Source: Gekko japonicus
Taxonomy: Eukaryota
DNA length: 64,000 nt
Reading direction: 5' to 3'
NCBI RefSeq assembly: GCF_001447785.1
Contig: NW_015165236.1
Location: 1,181,998-1,245,997, forward strand
The position numbers and the translations under genes are program-made. Positions 23,867 through 35,787 of this stretch are shown piece by piece; position 1 is the first letter of the stretch, and each line of letters begins with the position of its first letter. Under the pieces are notes generated by a model that did not search any database, was not told where the DNA came from, and worked only from the letters and a program-made list of their open reading frames with translations.

Positions 23867-24804
23867 TCTCCCCACAACAGGCACATTGTGAGGCAGGTCG
23901 GGCTGAGGTAGTTCAGACAGAACTGTGACTGGCCCAAGAAGAAGAAGAAGAAGAAGAGATTTATACCCCATGGCCCTTCACTACCTGAAGGAGTCTCAGA
24001 GCGGCTTACAATCTCCTTTCCCTTCCCCTCCCCACGATAGACACCCTGGGAGGTGGGGGGGGGCCTGAGAGAGCTCTTTCGAGGACCGCGACTGAGAGAA
24101 CAGCTCTGAGAGAACTAGTGACTGACCCAAGGCCACACCAGCAGCTGCATGTGGAGGAGGAGTGGGGAATCAAACCCGGTTCTCCCAGATGAGAGTCTGC
24201 CACTCCTAACCATTACACCAAACAAGGTCACCCAAGCAGACTTCACACGGAGGAGGAGAGGGGAATCGAACCCGGACTCAGAGCCCGCTGGTCTTAACCA
24301 CTCCAGCAGGCTGGCTCTCACCTCCTGCCCAACCTTCGTATTCCCAATCGGCCCAAAGAGCACACGACTTCCTTACGACACAGTATACATTACAGGCGGG
24401 AAAACTCTGCGCAGGGGCAGCGAGGAAAAATGCCTTCAGGCCAAAGGCTTGGCATGACTGACACAGGGGAGCAGAAGCCCACAACACGCGTGGGGGTGTC
24501 CCCCCCCACACACGTTTAGTACCCTGCCTCGCATCTCCCAGTGAAAAAAGCCTGCAAGAAGGGCAGGGAACCCGTTAAGTGTGCGGACTCTAATCTGGGA
24601 GAACCGGGTTTCATTCCCCACTCCTCACCTGCAGCTGCCGGTGTGACCTTGGGTCAGTGACAAGTTCTTTCAGAGCTGTTCTCTCAAGGGCAGTCCTCGA
24701 AAGAGATCTCTCAGCCCCACCTAACCTCACAGGGTGTCTGTTGTGGGGAGGGGAAGGGAACGGAGTTTGTAAGCCCCTCTGAGACTCCCAGTGAAGGGCA
24801 GGGT

Positions 24805-25210
24805 AGAAATCATAGAATCATAGAATGTTAGAGCTGGAAGGGACCTTGCAGGTCATCTAGTCCAACCCCCTGCACTCTGCAGGAGCGTAGCCGAAAGAGA
24901 GCCCTACATACCTACAACATACCCAAAAGATGGTCGTCCAGCCTCCGCTTGAAAACGTCCAGCGAAGGAGCCTCCACCCCCTCCCGAAGCAGACTATTCC
25001 ACTGCTCAACCACTCTGACAGTCAGGAAGTTTCTCCTGATATTTAGCCAGTAACGACTCCCTTGTAATTCCCACCCATTAGATCTAGTCTTGCAAACCGG
25101 AGCAAGAGAGAATAGATCCGCTCCATCTTCTACATGACAGCCCTTCAAATACTTGGAGACTGCAATTGTGTCCCCTCTAAGCCTTCTCTTTCCCAGGCTA
25201 AACATACCGA
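24805..25210 (-). mobile_element. CR1 LINE 3' fragment
   Basis: GMFSLGKRRLRGDTIAVSKYLKG...NFLTVRVVEQWNSL; ends in (ATTCTATG)n. Confidence 0.85.
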
Positions 25211-25477
25211 TCTCTTCTTCTTCTCCTTCCTTTAGCTTGGCGGTGGCCCCCACTCCAGCTACGGGAGAGAAGGTGGTGGCCCACGGAAGGAGAAAGGCCA
25301 GCAAAAGCAGGCCCAGACCACGACCCGCCTGGCTCCACCTTCCCTGCTGAAGGGACTCGAGCGGAGGGCACGAAGGCGGCCCACGAAAGTCTGAGATGTC
25401 TCTCCGTCTCGGGTGGCTCAACCCGCCCCTGAACGCCCAGCCCACCTCCTCCGAGAACAGCCAGCGGGGAAACGTAC

Positions 25478-25679
25478 CGCCACGCAACTCAACGCCGTCA
25501 GGACTCCGGAGAAGAAGCCCCTCCCCCGAGGATCGGTCCTCCCCGCGTTTGGGGCCGCAGACGCCTGGTCGCTCCCGTACTTCTGGAAGGCCGCCAGGCT
25601 CCGGGAGACGTCGGGGTTCTGCTGGACGTCGTCTTTCCGCTGCTCGGTGGCGTCCGGGAACAGCTTCTCGATGGCATCT
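25478..25679 (-). CDS. BFAR: BFAR coding exon 2
   Basis: ccgcAG|(R)DAIEKLFPDA...SLAAFQKYG...GFFSGVLTALSCVA|GTacgt. Confidence 0.93.
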
Positions 25680-25744
25680 CTGCGGGGGGNNNNNNNNNNN
25701 NNNNNNNNNNNNNNNNNNNNNNNNNNNNNNNNNNNNNNNNNNNN

Positions 25745-25906
25745 GCCCACACTGGCTCGCCTGCCGCTGCACGGAAGGGAGCTCTCCGGCAGAGACGGGC
25801 GGGCCTCCAGCCTCAGCCCTCGCAATTGCGAGGGCTGAGGCTGGAGGACCGCCCGTCTCTGCCGGAGAGCTCCCTTCCGTGCAGCGGCAGGAGAGCCAGT
25901 GTGGGC
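25745..25906. repeat. 162-bp near-perfect spacer-less palindrome
   Basis: 81-bp arms with 2 mismatches, centred on CGCAATTGCG. Confidence 0.9.
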
Positions 25907-28630
25907 GTGTGTCCAGGCAGGGGGGGGAGTGTGTGAAGGGCAGAAATGCGGAGGCCCCTTTCCTACCTCCTGGACTCACGTCCAGCCACGGTTGTGAGTC
26001 TTAATCCCTCAACATGAATTAGGATATCGCAATGCACTCTTAGCTTCTTCCTCTTCTTCATTCAATTATTTTATTGGCTATTCTGTAGTTATACAATATG
26101 TCGTTCGCTTATAGGTACAATATTAATTTTNNNNNNNNNNNNNNNNNNNNNNNNNNNNNNNNNNNNNNNNNNNNNNNNNNNNNNNNNNNNNNNNNNNNNN
26201 NNNNNNNNNNNNNNNNNNNNNNNNNNNNNNNNNNNNNNNNNNNNNNNNNNNNNNNNNNNNNNNNNNNNNNNNNNNNNNNNNNNNNNNNNNNNNNNNNNNN
26301 NNNNNNNNNNNNNNNNNNNNNNNNNNNNNNNNNNNNNNNNNNNNNNNNNNNNNNNNNNNNNNNNNNNNNNNNNNNNNNNNNNNNNNNNNNNNNNNNNNNN
26401 NNNNNNNNNNNNNNNNNNNNNNNNNNNNNNNNNNNNNNNNNNNNNNNNNNNNNNNNNNNNNNNNNNNNNNGAGGAGATTGGATTTATACCCCGCCCTTCA
26501 CTTGGAGTCTCAGAGCGGCTTACAAACTCCTTTCCCTTCCCCTCCCCACGACAGACACCCTGTGAGGTGGGTGGGGCTGAGAGAGCTCTGACAGAAACTG
26601 CTCTTTTCCAAGGACAGCTGTGCCAGAGCTTGTGACTGACCCAAGGTCACATCAGCAGGTGCCAGTGGAGGAGTGGGGGAATCAAACCCGGTTCTCCCAG
26701 ATTAGAGTCCGCGCACTTAACCACGACACCAAACTGGCTCTCCACCACAATCACACCATAGTAGTTGGGTTTTGGAAAAGTTCTTATTGAAACTGTACCG
26801 GATACTGATTCTGCATGTTGTTGAATATCTTAATGTATATTGGATTACTTCTTATTCTTAAAATATTGCATTTTTGATATATTTTGAGAAAAATCAATTA
26901 AAATTCAAATAATAAATAAAAAAAAACAAATGGGGAGGCCCTTGGCCCAAGTTTCCACTGATCCAAGGAACTTGTTGGGTGGTCTCTCAGCAGCCCACGG
27001 AGATTTTTGTTTATGGGCCAAGTGCCCCTTCTGGGGTCTTTCGAGGACACGGCCGAGAGGAGCCTGGTATGCCCCGGGGGCTCCTCGGAAGAAAAGGGGC
27101 CCTCTCCAGTCAGAAGGGAGCAGGTCGCAGTTCATCTCCCCTGAGCTGGGCATCCCGGGCTGGGCCCGATCCCACCGGCTCTTGGAAAACTAGGCGGGGC
27201 TTGGATGGGAGACCGGCATGCAAGGCCAGGGTCACCACGCACAGGCAGGGGACGACAAGCCACCCCCCCCCCCTCAGCCTTGCCTTGAAACTCTCCTGAC
27301 GGCCCTTCCCACCCTACCCCCCCCCCACAAGTGACGGGAAAGGCCTCTCTCTGCCCGGGACCCTGGACAGCGGCTGCCGGTCTGAGTAGACGACGCTGAC
27401 CTTGCTGAGCCGAGGGGGTCTGGTGCAGCCGAAGGCAGCCTCCTGTGCTCTTCTGCCAACAGCCAGAATTGAGACCAGGAGCAACGATCCCTCTAAGCTG
27501 CGGAGTCTTGTGAGCAGAAATCCTACTTTGTGAGCTCCTGGTATCAAAGGTGTGAGCGAGCGATTTGGCTATATTGCATCAATTGGTTTGCTCTGGAGCG
27601 ACCTCCTTCCTGAGCCGAGACAAAAATGGGTGAGCCAGAGGCTAAAAGTAAAGATTATGGGAAGTGCGGAAATGGACAAATCGACCTTGATGTTAAAAGA
27701 ACAAATGGAAGACTTTGTTGGACTATGTGGACTCCATTCTATAACTGGACAGGAGAGAAATATAAAGATATGTACGTCCTAATATCATAATATCAAGAAG
27801 CTTGTTATGAACTTTTAAAACCTCACAGTCTATCTCTATATAGTATGAAGTGATAAGTAGAGGAAAGTTATATGCAGAAGTCGTATTACTTTTGTTCCTT
27901 CCCCCTTTTCCCTTCCCCATCTTTGTGTATTCTAAAAACTTAATTTTTATTTTTTTTTTTGAGAGAGAGAGAGACCAACATTATTAGGGGGGACACGAGC
28001 TCTCTTTGTCAGAGCTTGGAATTGTCAAAGCTCACACTGTAAAAACCTCGCCAGTCTCTACAGTGCTCCTGGATTTGAATCCAGCTATTCTACTGCAGCC
28101 CAATGCAGCTCCCCTCTGAAACAGTCATTCTGTTAAACCTTTCTCAACCCACCAGAGCCTGGGCGGACTGGCAGGCTAGCTCTGAGGAGCGCTTCGGAGT
28201 CAGAAACACGCAGTGCTTCAAACCAATATCCCCTCTAAGCCAAGTGAGTGTGAGCTAGCTCACCGTTTTTGAGCCTCTGGCTCACACACTTCTGTCTCGG
28301 CTCAGGAAGGGATGGGGCTCCAGAGCAAACTAATTTAGGCAGGAGCCAAATCGCCTGCTCACAACTTTAATGCCAAATGGCTCACACAGTAGGATTTTTG
28401 CTCACAAGACTCCACGGCTTAGAGGGAGCATTGCTTCAAACGTGATAGAAGGAAGTCAAGAGCATCTAAAGGGACCTGGAAGACCGAAAACCCAAGAGCC
28501 AGCAATGCCAGCTAGCCCAACTCGAAGACATCCGGGGAACAGCAGGCTAGTGATTTTCAAGATGAACAAGCACAGCCGTGTGCCTTTGAGACGCCAGAAG
28601 ACAGCCGGCCGCCCCCCCGCCCGCAATCAC

Positions 28631-28896
28631 CTGAGGAGGATGTTGACCTTGGGGAACCCTTCCCAGTTCTGCCGGCACTCCGGGCACTCGTTCTTCTTGG
28701 AGGAGGTCCACCACAAGGCCAGGCAGTGCCTGCAGAAGCTGTGCCCACAGTTCAAGGTGGTCGGGTTGATCAGAATGTCGTAGCAGCAGTGGCAGCAGAA
28801 CTCGCTCACGGAGATCTCCCGGCTGAAAACGGGGGCTGTGGCTGCCACCGCATCCCGCTTATCCGCTCCACTTGGCAGTTCTGTCCACTCCTCCAT
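28631..28896 (-). CDS. BFAR: BFAR first coding exon (RING finger)
   Basis: MEEW...ISVSEFCCHCCYDILINPTTLNCGHSFCRHCLALWWTSSKKNECPECRQNWEGFPKVNILL(R)|GTgatt; C3HC4 RING. The exon acceptor is just upstream of 28958. The seven exons sum to 1362 nt (453 aa + stop). Confidence 0.95.
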
Positions 28897-29756
28897 AGTC
28901 TGTCTCGAAGCAAGACGGGGCTCGGGCCTCTCTTAGATCACGCGGCACATTACCAATTCTGGAAACGGCAGGAAAAGGTGACTCAGCAGGGAAAGGTAAC
29001 TCGGCTTCTCCTTGAGACGACACGAGACGACACAAGACAGGTCCCTCCCTAGCCTATTTCCTGCCTCCAGCCGCTGTGGTCAGAGGGTTCCCAAACGTTC
29101 CAAAATGTCCTCCCCTTCTCAAGTGAAAACCTTCAACAGTCCACATGCTATTTTCCTACTGAGACAAACAACCCCTCGCATACCTGCAGTCGAGTCAGAA
29201 CCGCACGCATTTCTGGCCTGAAGAAAACACAATCTGAGAAAGAGAGAAAACAAGCCACTTAACAACGCATGAACCAAAAGACCTCACAAAAACACCAAGA
29301 GGGGGCAAAGAACATTTCTCTGCAAGTCGGCAAAGACTTCAGTGCATTTTGGAGCGTGTAGATGGCTCTTCCAACAGCTGAAAAGCAGCTCCAAACCAAA
29401 TAACAATGATGTGATTGAGACCAGTATATGAAAAAAGCCGTCTATGCCCTTAGGAGCAGATTGTAATCATTCCTATAAAAGGGGAAAGCCCAGTGTTTAA
29501 TACAATTACTGCAAATCCGGTTTCTTCTCCCAGTGAGTTTTATGACCATGAAAAACAATACTTTAATATTTCATTTTGTAGTATGTTCCCACCCTATCCA
29601 TACAGAGCATGTACAATGCACACACAAAGTTGGCCAATGGCAAAATTCTCAGATGTGCATACAAACGGGCTGGCAACACTGAGTATACCTTCTGAACCAC
29701 AAGAATACTCCTTCAAGGAGCAATTTATTTAAAAAGGGGGGGGGAGATGATGGGAC

Positions 29757-29963
29757 TAGTGTTCCCTCTAAGCTGAGTTAGTGTGAGCTAGCTCACAGGT
29801 TTTAGCCTCCGGCTCACACATTTTTGTCTTAGCTCAGGAAGGATGGGGCCCCAGAGCAAACTAATTTACGCAGTAGCTAAATCACCTGCTCACAACTTTA
29901 ATGCCAGGAGCTCACAAAGTAGAATTTTTGCTCACAGGACTCCACAGCTTAGAGGGCGCACTG
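29757..29963 (+). mobile_element. ~207-bp hAT MITE (representative of more than 20 copies)
   Basis: TIRs (C/T)AGTGTTCCCTCTAAGCTG; perfect 8-bp TSD GATGGGAC. Others near 4087, 5173, 12113, 13888, 18169, 20205, 21786, 28224, 30668, 33697-34213, 34986, 41070, 46223, 48207, 48441, 51125 and 56350. Confidence 0.9.
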
Positions 29964-31099
29964 GATGGGACACAGAATATCATACCCTGCTGTAGAAACT
30001 TCACTAGTCAACCTCCAGGTGTTCCTGGTTGAGCAGCAGCTACCCAGTAAGTCAAAGGAAGAACATGATGCTCTGTATGTCGGCTAGTTAATATAACATC
30101 CGCGTTTGGAGGCCGTGTGCTGTTGAATATCACAGTGCCAGGGACTAGTGAGGGCATTTGCCTAGACAGGCCCTTAGTCTGATTCAGCAGAGCTCTTCTT
30201 GAGAGCACGTGAGAGAGGTTTCACAACGTCATCCAGCTTGCAAGAGCCTCCGTGCGTTTGGCTTTAAGCAAAGATAAGCTGAAAAATGAAAAGAAACCTG
30301 GAGCATCGTTTTAAAAAGACTTTCAAGCAGGATAGGTCGATCTGAGGCCAGCAGCCCCTTCGAGACCAGCGAGCATAGAGGGAACTCTGGGTTTCTGGCT
30401 TCGTGCACACTGGCGCCACTGGACTCAAACCCGTCAATGTGGCCGGTCCCCAAGGTGCGGCGCTTCTCCTGCAGGCCAAGACGCCCACTCTCGGACCCCC
30501 TCTTCAAGCGGGGCACTCACTCTCAAGGGCTTCCAGGAGCAGCTGCTGACGCACAGGCCTGGCGAAACCCGGAACAGGACAAAGTGCAAGGGGGGGGGCA
30601 GGGTAGCACGGGTGTTATTTGACAAAAGGCACACTCCCCCTCCCTCCCGCCTTCCTCAGGGCCACCACCGACGCTCCCTCTAAGCTGTGGAGTCTTGTGA
30701 GCAAAAATCCTACTCTGTGGCTACCGGCATTAAAAGTTGTGCGCGAGCGATTTGGCTCTACCGCATGAATTGGTTTGTTCTGGAGTCACGTCCTTCCTGA
30801 GCTGAGACACAAATTGTGAGAGCCGGAGGCTAAAAAAACCTGTGGGCTAGCTCACATTCACTCAGTTTAGAGGGAACAGTGGGCCCCACTCCAGAAAGGC
30901 TGGTCCTTCCCTTCACCTATTGCTCCCCCCCACCCCACCCCTATGGCTCAGCTCCCAACCAGCCACCTTTGACTGCAATGAGACGCGGGGCGAGCCTGCA
31001 GGGCCTCCCCCCCTTTCACGTGTCCTGCGCCTCGTCTGAACCGGGCTGACACCCGTGCACAGCATCCAGGCAGCCCCTACAGCCGCCACAGCCCTCCCT

Positions 31100-31600
31100 C
31101 CTCGAAGGATAAACCGCCTCGGCCTCAGCCACCGCGCTGCTCCAGCCGGACTCCCGATCTCCGCCCTCCCTGACGAGCTACATTTCTGCTTGCAGGGAGT
31201 TTTTGCCCCAAAAGGGGGGAAGAGCCTTCAGCATGAAATACCCCCCCCCCAACCACCACCCTGCATGCCACCCCCGCCAAGCCCCCGCCCCCTGTGCGAC
31301 CCCTGCTTCCCTCCGGCGCTTCGTGGACCCTGACCCGGCGGGCGGCGGCAGCGGCGACATCCCCCGTTCCTCCGGTCCAGCCCCGTCGGCATCCACTTCC
31401 GGCCGCGCCGGCGCACTGGCAGCCACTGACGCCACCGGCTCTCCCTCTTCCACAGGCGACCATAGAGCGAAGCCGGGGTGCGCCACGGAACGGGCCAGCG
31501 GCGCACTTCCGGTTCTGGAGGAGGCGGGGGGAGGAGCCATAGAGGTTGGAGGACGGCGGGGGGCTAGAGCGGTATTCTCAGGCCGCCTCCATGGCAAAGC
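31100..31600 (-). promoter_or_regulatory. CpG-island promoter and probable non-coding exon 1 of BFAR
   Basis: CpG-rich; two ETS/GABP-type CCGGAAGT motifs (31394-31401, 31505-31512 on -); candidate donor cgg|GTcagg at 31335/31334. Confidence 0.65.
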
Positions 31601-32934
31601 CGAGCCGCAGAAGTCCGTTGAGAAACCGACAAAGTGTTTATTATCCTAGCAAATTGTTTTTGCAGTTTTTGGCCTCAGTGCGTCAGTTTCCCCCATGAGA
31701 TTTACCTCCAGGATTAATTTGTAGATGGGGGGGGGGGGGGGCAGCCAACCCACAGCCTCCAGGTGGGACCTGGGGATCCCCCGGAATTACAGCTCAGCTT
31801 CAGACCACAGAGATCAGTTCCCCCCCGGAGCAAATGGATGCTTTGGAGGGCGGACTCTCTGGGGCACTGCACCCCCACTGAGGCGGTCCCTGTCCTCCCC
31901 AGGCTCCACCCCCAAATCTCCAGGAGTTTCCCGACCTGACATTGGCAACCCCACCCCACCCATCCCCTGCTGATGGCCAGGGCGGACCTGACAACCCTAC
32001 CAAGCAGTGTTGCCAACTCTGGGTTGAAAATTCCTGGAGATGTTGGGGTGGAGCCTGAAGTGGGAGCGCAATTCTGGATGTCATGTAGGGCTGACGACCT
32101 CCAGATGGCAACAAACACACAGGGAACACGGCATAGGTAGACAGACATAAAGAAACACCGTGTTCGAACAAAACACACTCCACTAATATGCACTTGGTGT
32201 CTTCATATATTGATTTACATACAATAGAGACCCTGGAATATCTTGTACACATCCATTATAGTACAAAAACCTAAAGTACATTATATATCTACTAACAGAA
32301 AAGTTCACAGCTACAGAGACTTATTCCAGTGCTGTAGACTATCTTGCTCCTGATAAGAGACTGATGGAGGTTGCAACAGTCATAAATGATGAGAGATGCA
32401 GCCGGCTGTTATGTTCTCCACAAAAAGTGATTCAGCAAGCATCAAAGCAAGCAACACGCCTCCTAGGCAAAAATTGCGTGTTTCGACAGATTCTTCTTCA
32501 GGCAGACATATTTTTCCTGGAACCAAAGCTCACAATTTTACAGTGCATAAGTCAACTATTCTGTAGAAGGCTTCGAAACACGCAATTTTTGCCTAGGGGG
32601 CCTGTTGCTTGCTTTGATGCTTTGAGGCTGCCTGCTGCGTTTTTCATGCTTGCTTGCTTTGATGATTTGTGATGTAGGTTTGCCAATCTCCAGGTGGCAG
32701 ACAATGGCTGCAGTCACACGGAGCATTAGCCACGCTACTGAGACGGATGATAGGCGGATTTTCCGGGCGCGATCACACCACAACATCTGGGAAGCGTAGA
32801 GCTCCCATGGCAAACCCGAGGCTTCCCGCCGAAGATGCGCAGTTAAAAACTAGTATCTCTGAGGTACTAGTTTCCGGTAACCGCGGGGCAAGGGCTGGCG
32901 TCTGATCGCGTTTCCGGTGGTAGTCCGTGGCATC

Positions 32935-33553
32935 CGAAGTCGTGGAAGCAGTGACAGACTTCACGTTCCTGGGATCCCAGATCACCGCAGACGGTGACAG
33001 CAGCCATGAAATTAAAAGACACCTGCTCCTTGAGAGGAAAGCGATGGCGAACCTAAACAGCACGATAAAAAGTAGAGACATCACCCTGCCAACAAAAGTC
33101 TGCATGGTCAAAGCAATGGTGTTCCCAGTAGTCATGTATGGCTGCAAGAGTTGGACTATAAGGAAGGCCGAGCGCTGAAGAATAGATTCTTTTGAACTAT
33201 GGTGCTGGAGAAGACTCTTGAGAGTCCCTTGGACTGCAAGAAGAACAAATCAGTCAATCCTAAAAGAAATCAACCCTGACTGTTCCCTGGAAGGCCAGAT
33301 AATGGAACTGAAGCTCAAATACATTGGCCACCCAATGAGAAGGGAGCACTCACTGGAGAAGACCCTGATGCTGGGAAAGACTGAAGGTCAAAGAAGACGG
33401 GGACGGCAAAGGATGAGATGGTTAGACAGTGTCATAGATGCAACGAACATGAAATTGAGCAAACTTCAGAGGACGGCGGAAGACCAGAAGGCCTGGTGTG
33501 ATCTGGTCCATGGGGTGGCGAAGAGTCGGACTCGACTGTGCGACTGAACAACA
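32935..33553 (+). mobile_element. BovB/RTE LINE 3' fragment
   Basis: FLGSQITADGDSSHEIKR...MYGCKSWT...LRVPWTARRTNQSILKEINP...RGRQRMRWLD with one in-frame stop; (CAA)n tail. Short tails also at ~13550, 41417 and 52822. Confidence 0.9.
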
Positions 33554-35646
33554 AGAAGCCCCTTCCTTCCCGAAACCCCACCCTCCTCAGGCCCCGCCCC
33601 CCAAAATCTCCAGGAATTTTTGCAGGCTGGAGTTGGCGACCGTCCACAGCAGTCCATGGCAATACTACCTTCTCGATATCCAGTTAGGGCTCCAATGGTA
33701 GCAGCCAAATTGCTCGCTCACAACTTCAATGCCAGGATCTCACAAAGTGGAATTTTTGCTCACGAGACTCCACAGCTTAGAGGGAGCGTTGCAGTGTTCC
33801 TTCTAAGCTGAGTTAGTGTGAGCTAGCTCATACATTTTTAGCCTCCGGCTCACCCATTTTTGTCTTAGCTCAGGAAGGATGCCTCTGGAGCAAACTAATT
33901 TATGCAGCAGCCGAATCGCTCGCTCACAACTTGAATGTCAGGAGCTCACAAAGTGGAATTTTTGCTCACAAGACTCCACGGCTTAGAGGGAACATTGGCT
34001 GGGAGCAGTGTTCCCTCTAAGCTGAGTTAGTGTGAGCTAGCTCACAGTTTTTCAGTCTCCGGCTCACCCATTTTTGCCTTAGCTCAGGAAGGATGTGGCT
34101 CCAGAGCAAACTGCTTCATGCAGTAGCCAAATTGCTCGCTCACAACTTGAATGCCAGGAGCTCACAGAGTAGGATTTTTGCTCACAGGACTCCACAGCTT
34201 AGAGGGAGCGTTGGTCACATGGGGCCACTCCAGAGAGCTCCAGCACCTTGCTTTCCACCCTGGACAACAGCAGGGAGTCCTGGGCCTAGCCAGGCAGACC
34301 TTAAATCCGCCCTCCCTGCTCCGTCCTTGGACCTCGGCGTGTACTAGGGCTCCAGGTGGGGAAATACCTGGAGATTTTTGGGGGGTGGAGCTCGGGGAGG
34401 GCGGGGTTTGGGGGGCGGGGGGACCTCAGCAAGCTACAATTACCAAGCAGTCCACCCTCCAAAGCAGCCATTCTCTCCAGAAGAACATATCTCTCTAATC
34501 TGGAGACCTGTGGTAAAAGTGGGAGCTCTCCAGGTCTTCCCTGGAGGTTGGCTACTGTATCTGTTGCCATCGGACCCGCCACATCCTTAGAAACTCCACC
34601 CTAGGGCTGGAAAACACCTGGAGAGTTTGGGGGGTGGGTCCAGGAGAGGGCGGGGTTTGGGGAGGGGAGGGGCTTCAGCCTGGCACGAGGTCACAGAGTC
34701 CAGCCTTCCAAGCAGCCATTTTCTCCAGGGGAGCTGATCTCGGTCAGCTGGAGGTCAGTTGTAAAAGCGGGAGATCTCCAGGCCCCACCTGGAGGCTGGC
34801 AACCCTACCTTCCCCCCACTGCCCACGTGGGACTTCATGGTCAGCTAGCATCCTTACAGTCCTGGTGCACTGCCAGCTTTGGACCTCACCTCCTGCCTCC
34901 ACCGGACCCACATCCTTGGAGACTTGGCCTCCCGCCCACTCTGGACCTCGCCTTCAATCCGCATCCTGGGAGACCTGGTCATCGGCAGTGTTCCCTCTAA
35001 GCTGAGCTAGTGTGAGCCAGCTCACAGTTTTCTAGCCTCTGGCTCACACATTGTCTTCGCCCATGAAGGATGTGGCTCCAGAGCAAACTGATTTATGTCG
35101 TAGCCAAATGGTTTGCTCACAACTTTAATGCCAGTAGCTCACAAAGTAGAATTTTTTGCTCACAAGACTCCACAGCTTAGAGGGAGCATCAGCCCGCTTT
35201 GGACCTTGACTCCTGCCTCCGGTGGCTCCCCTTGGAGACTACCCACTTCGGCCATCGCCTCCCACTCCGGGCACCCCTGACTCCTGGCACTGCCTGGCTG
35301 TCGAGGTGCTTACCCAGCTCTCTTGGAGTCCCCGGAGGAGTTTATCTAGGGGCTTCGTGAGCCTTCCAGGCCTCCCTTCCCCCAGCGTCTCTCCTACGTG
35401 GCTGGCCGGCTCCCGAACTAAACTTGGCTTCTTGGGGACGCTGGAGAAGTCTGGAGAGCTCATCTATTCTGAGCACAAACCCAGGCAGGCAGGTCCCCTT
35501 TTAGCCTGGTGGGAGGAAACTTGAGCTTTTAGGGAGGAATCGTCGCAGTCGCTCACAAAGAGTAGCGAGTTCGAGGGGAGCCTGTGATCCAGAGAGGGGA
35601 CCACGTCTCCACGTGCCACACCCAGAGCGGCTGGAAGGAGCTCAGG

Positions 35647-35787
35647 ATGGGGGTGGGAGCGCGAGGACTCTTGTTCATGGTCCTGATCCTGGCCGGGGTC
35701 TGTCTCCAGGGCACCCGGCTGCAGCAGGCCAGGCCTGGGGAGGCACGGAAGCCCTTCTTCGAAAGATTTCGGAGGCTCGAAGAGCAG
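35647..35787 (+). CDS. PTX4: Pentraxin-4 exon 1 (signal peptide)
   Basis: MGVGARGLLFMVLILAGVCLQG...RKPFFERFRRLEEQ|GTgagc; matches human PTX4 RKPFFERLRRLEEQ. Confidence 0.92.

Noticed and set aside
24912-25979. 355-aa ORF in the track
   Set aside because: Artefact spanning an N-gap, the palindrome, an out-of-frame BFAR exon and a CR1 fragment.
31591-31650. Plus-strand ATG next to the BFAR promoter as a possible PARN or TELO2 start
   Set aside because: MAKPSRRSPL... does not resemble either protein and no downstream exons were found.
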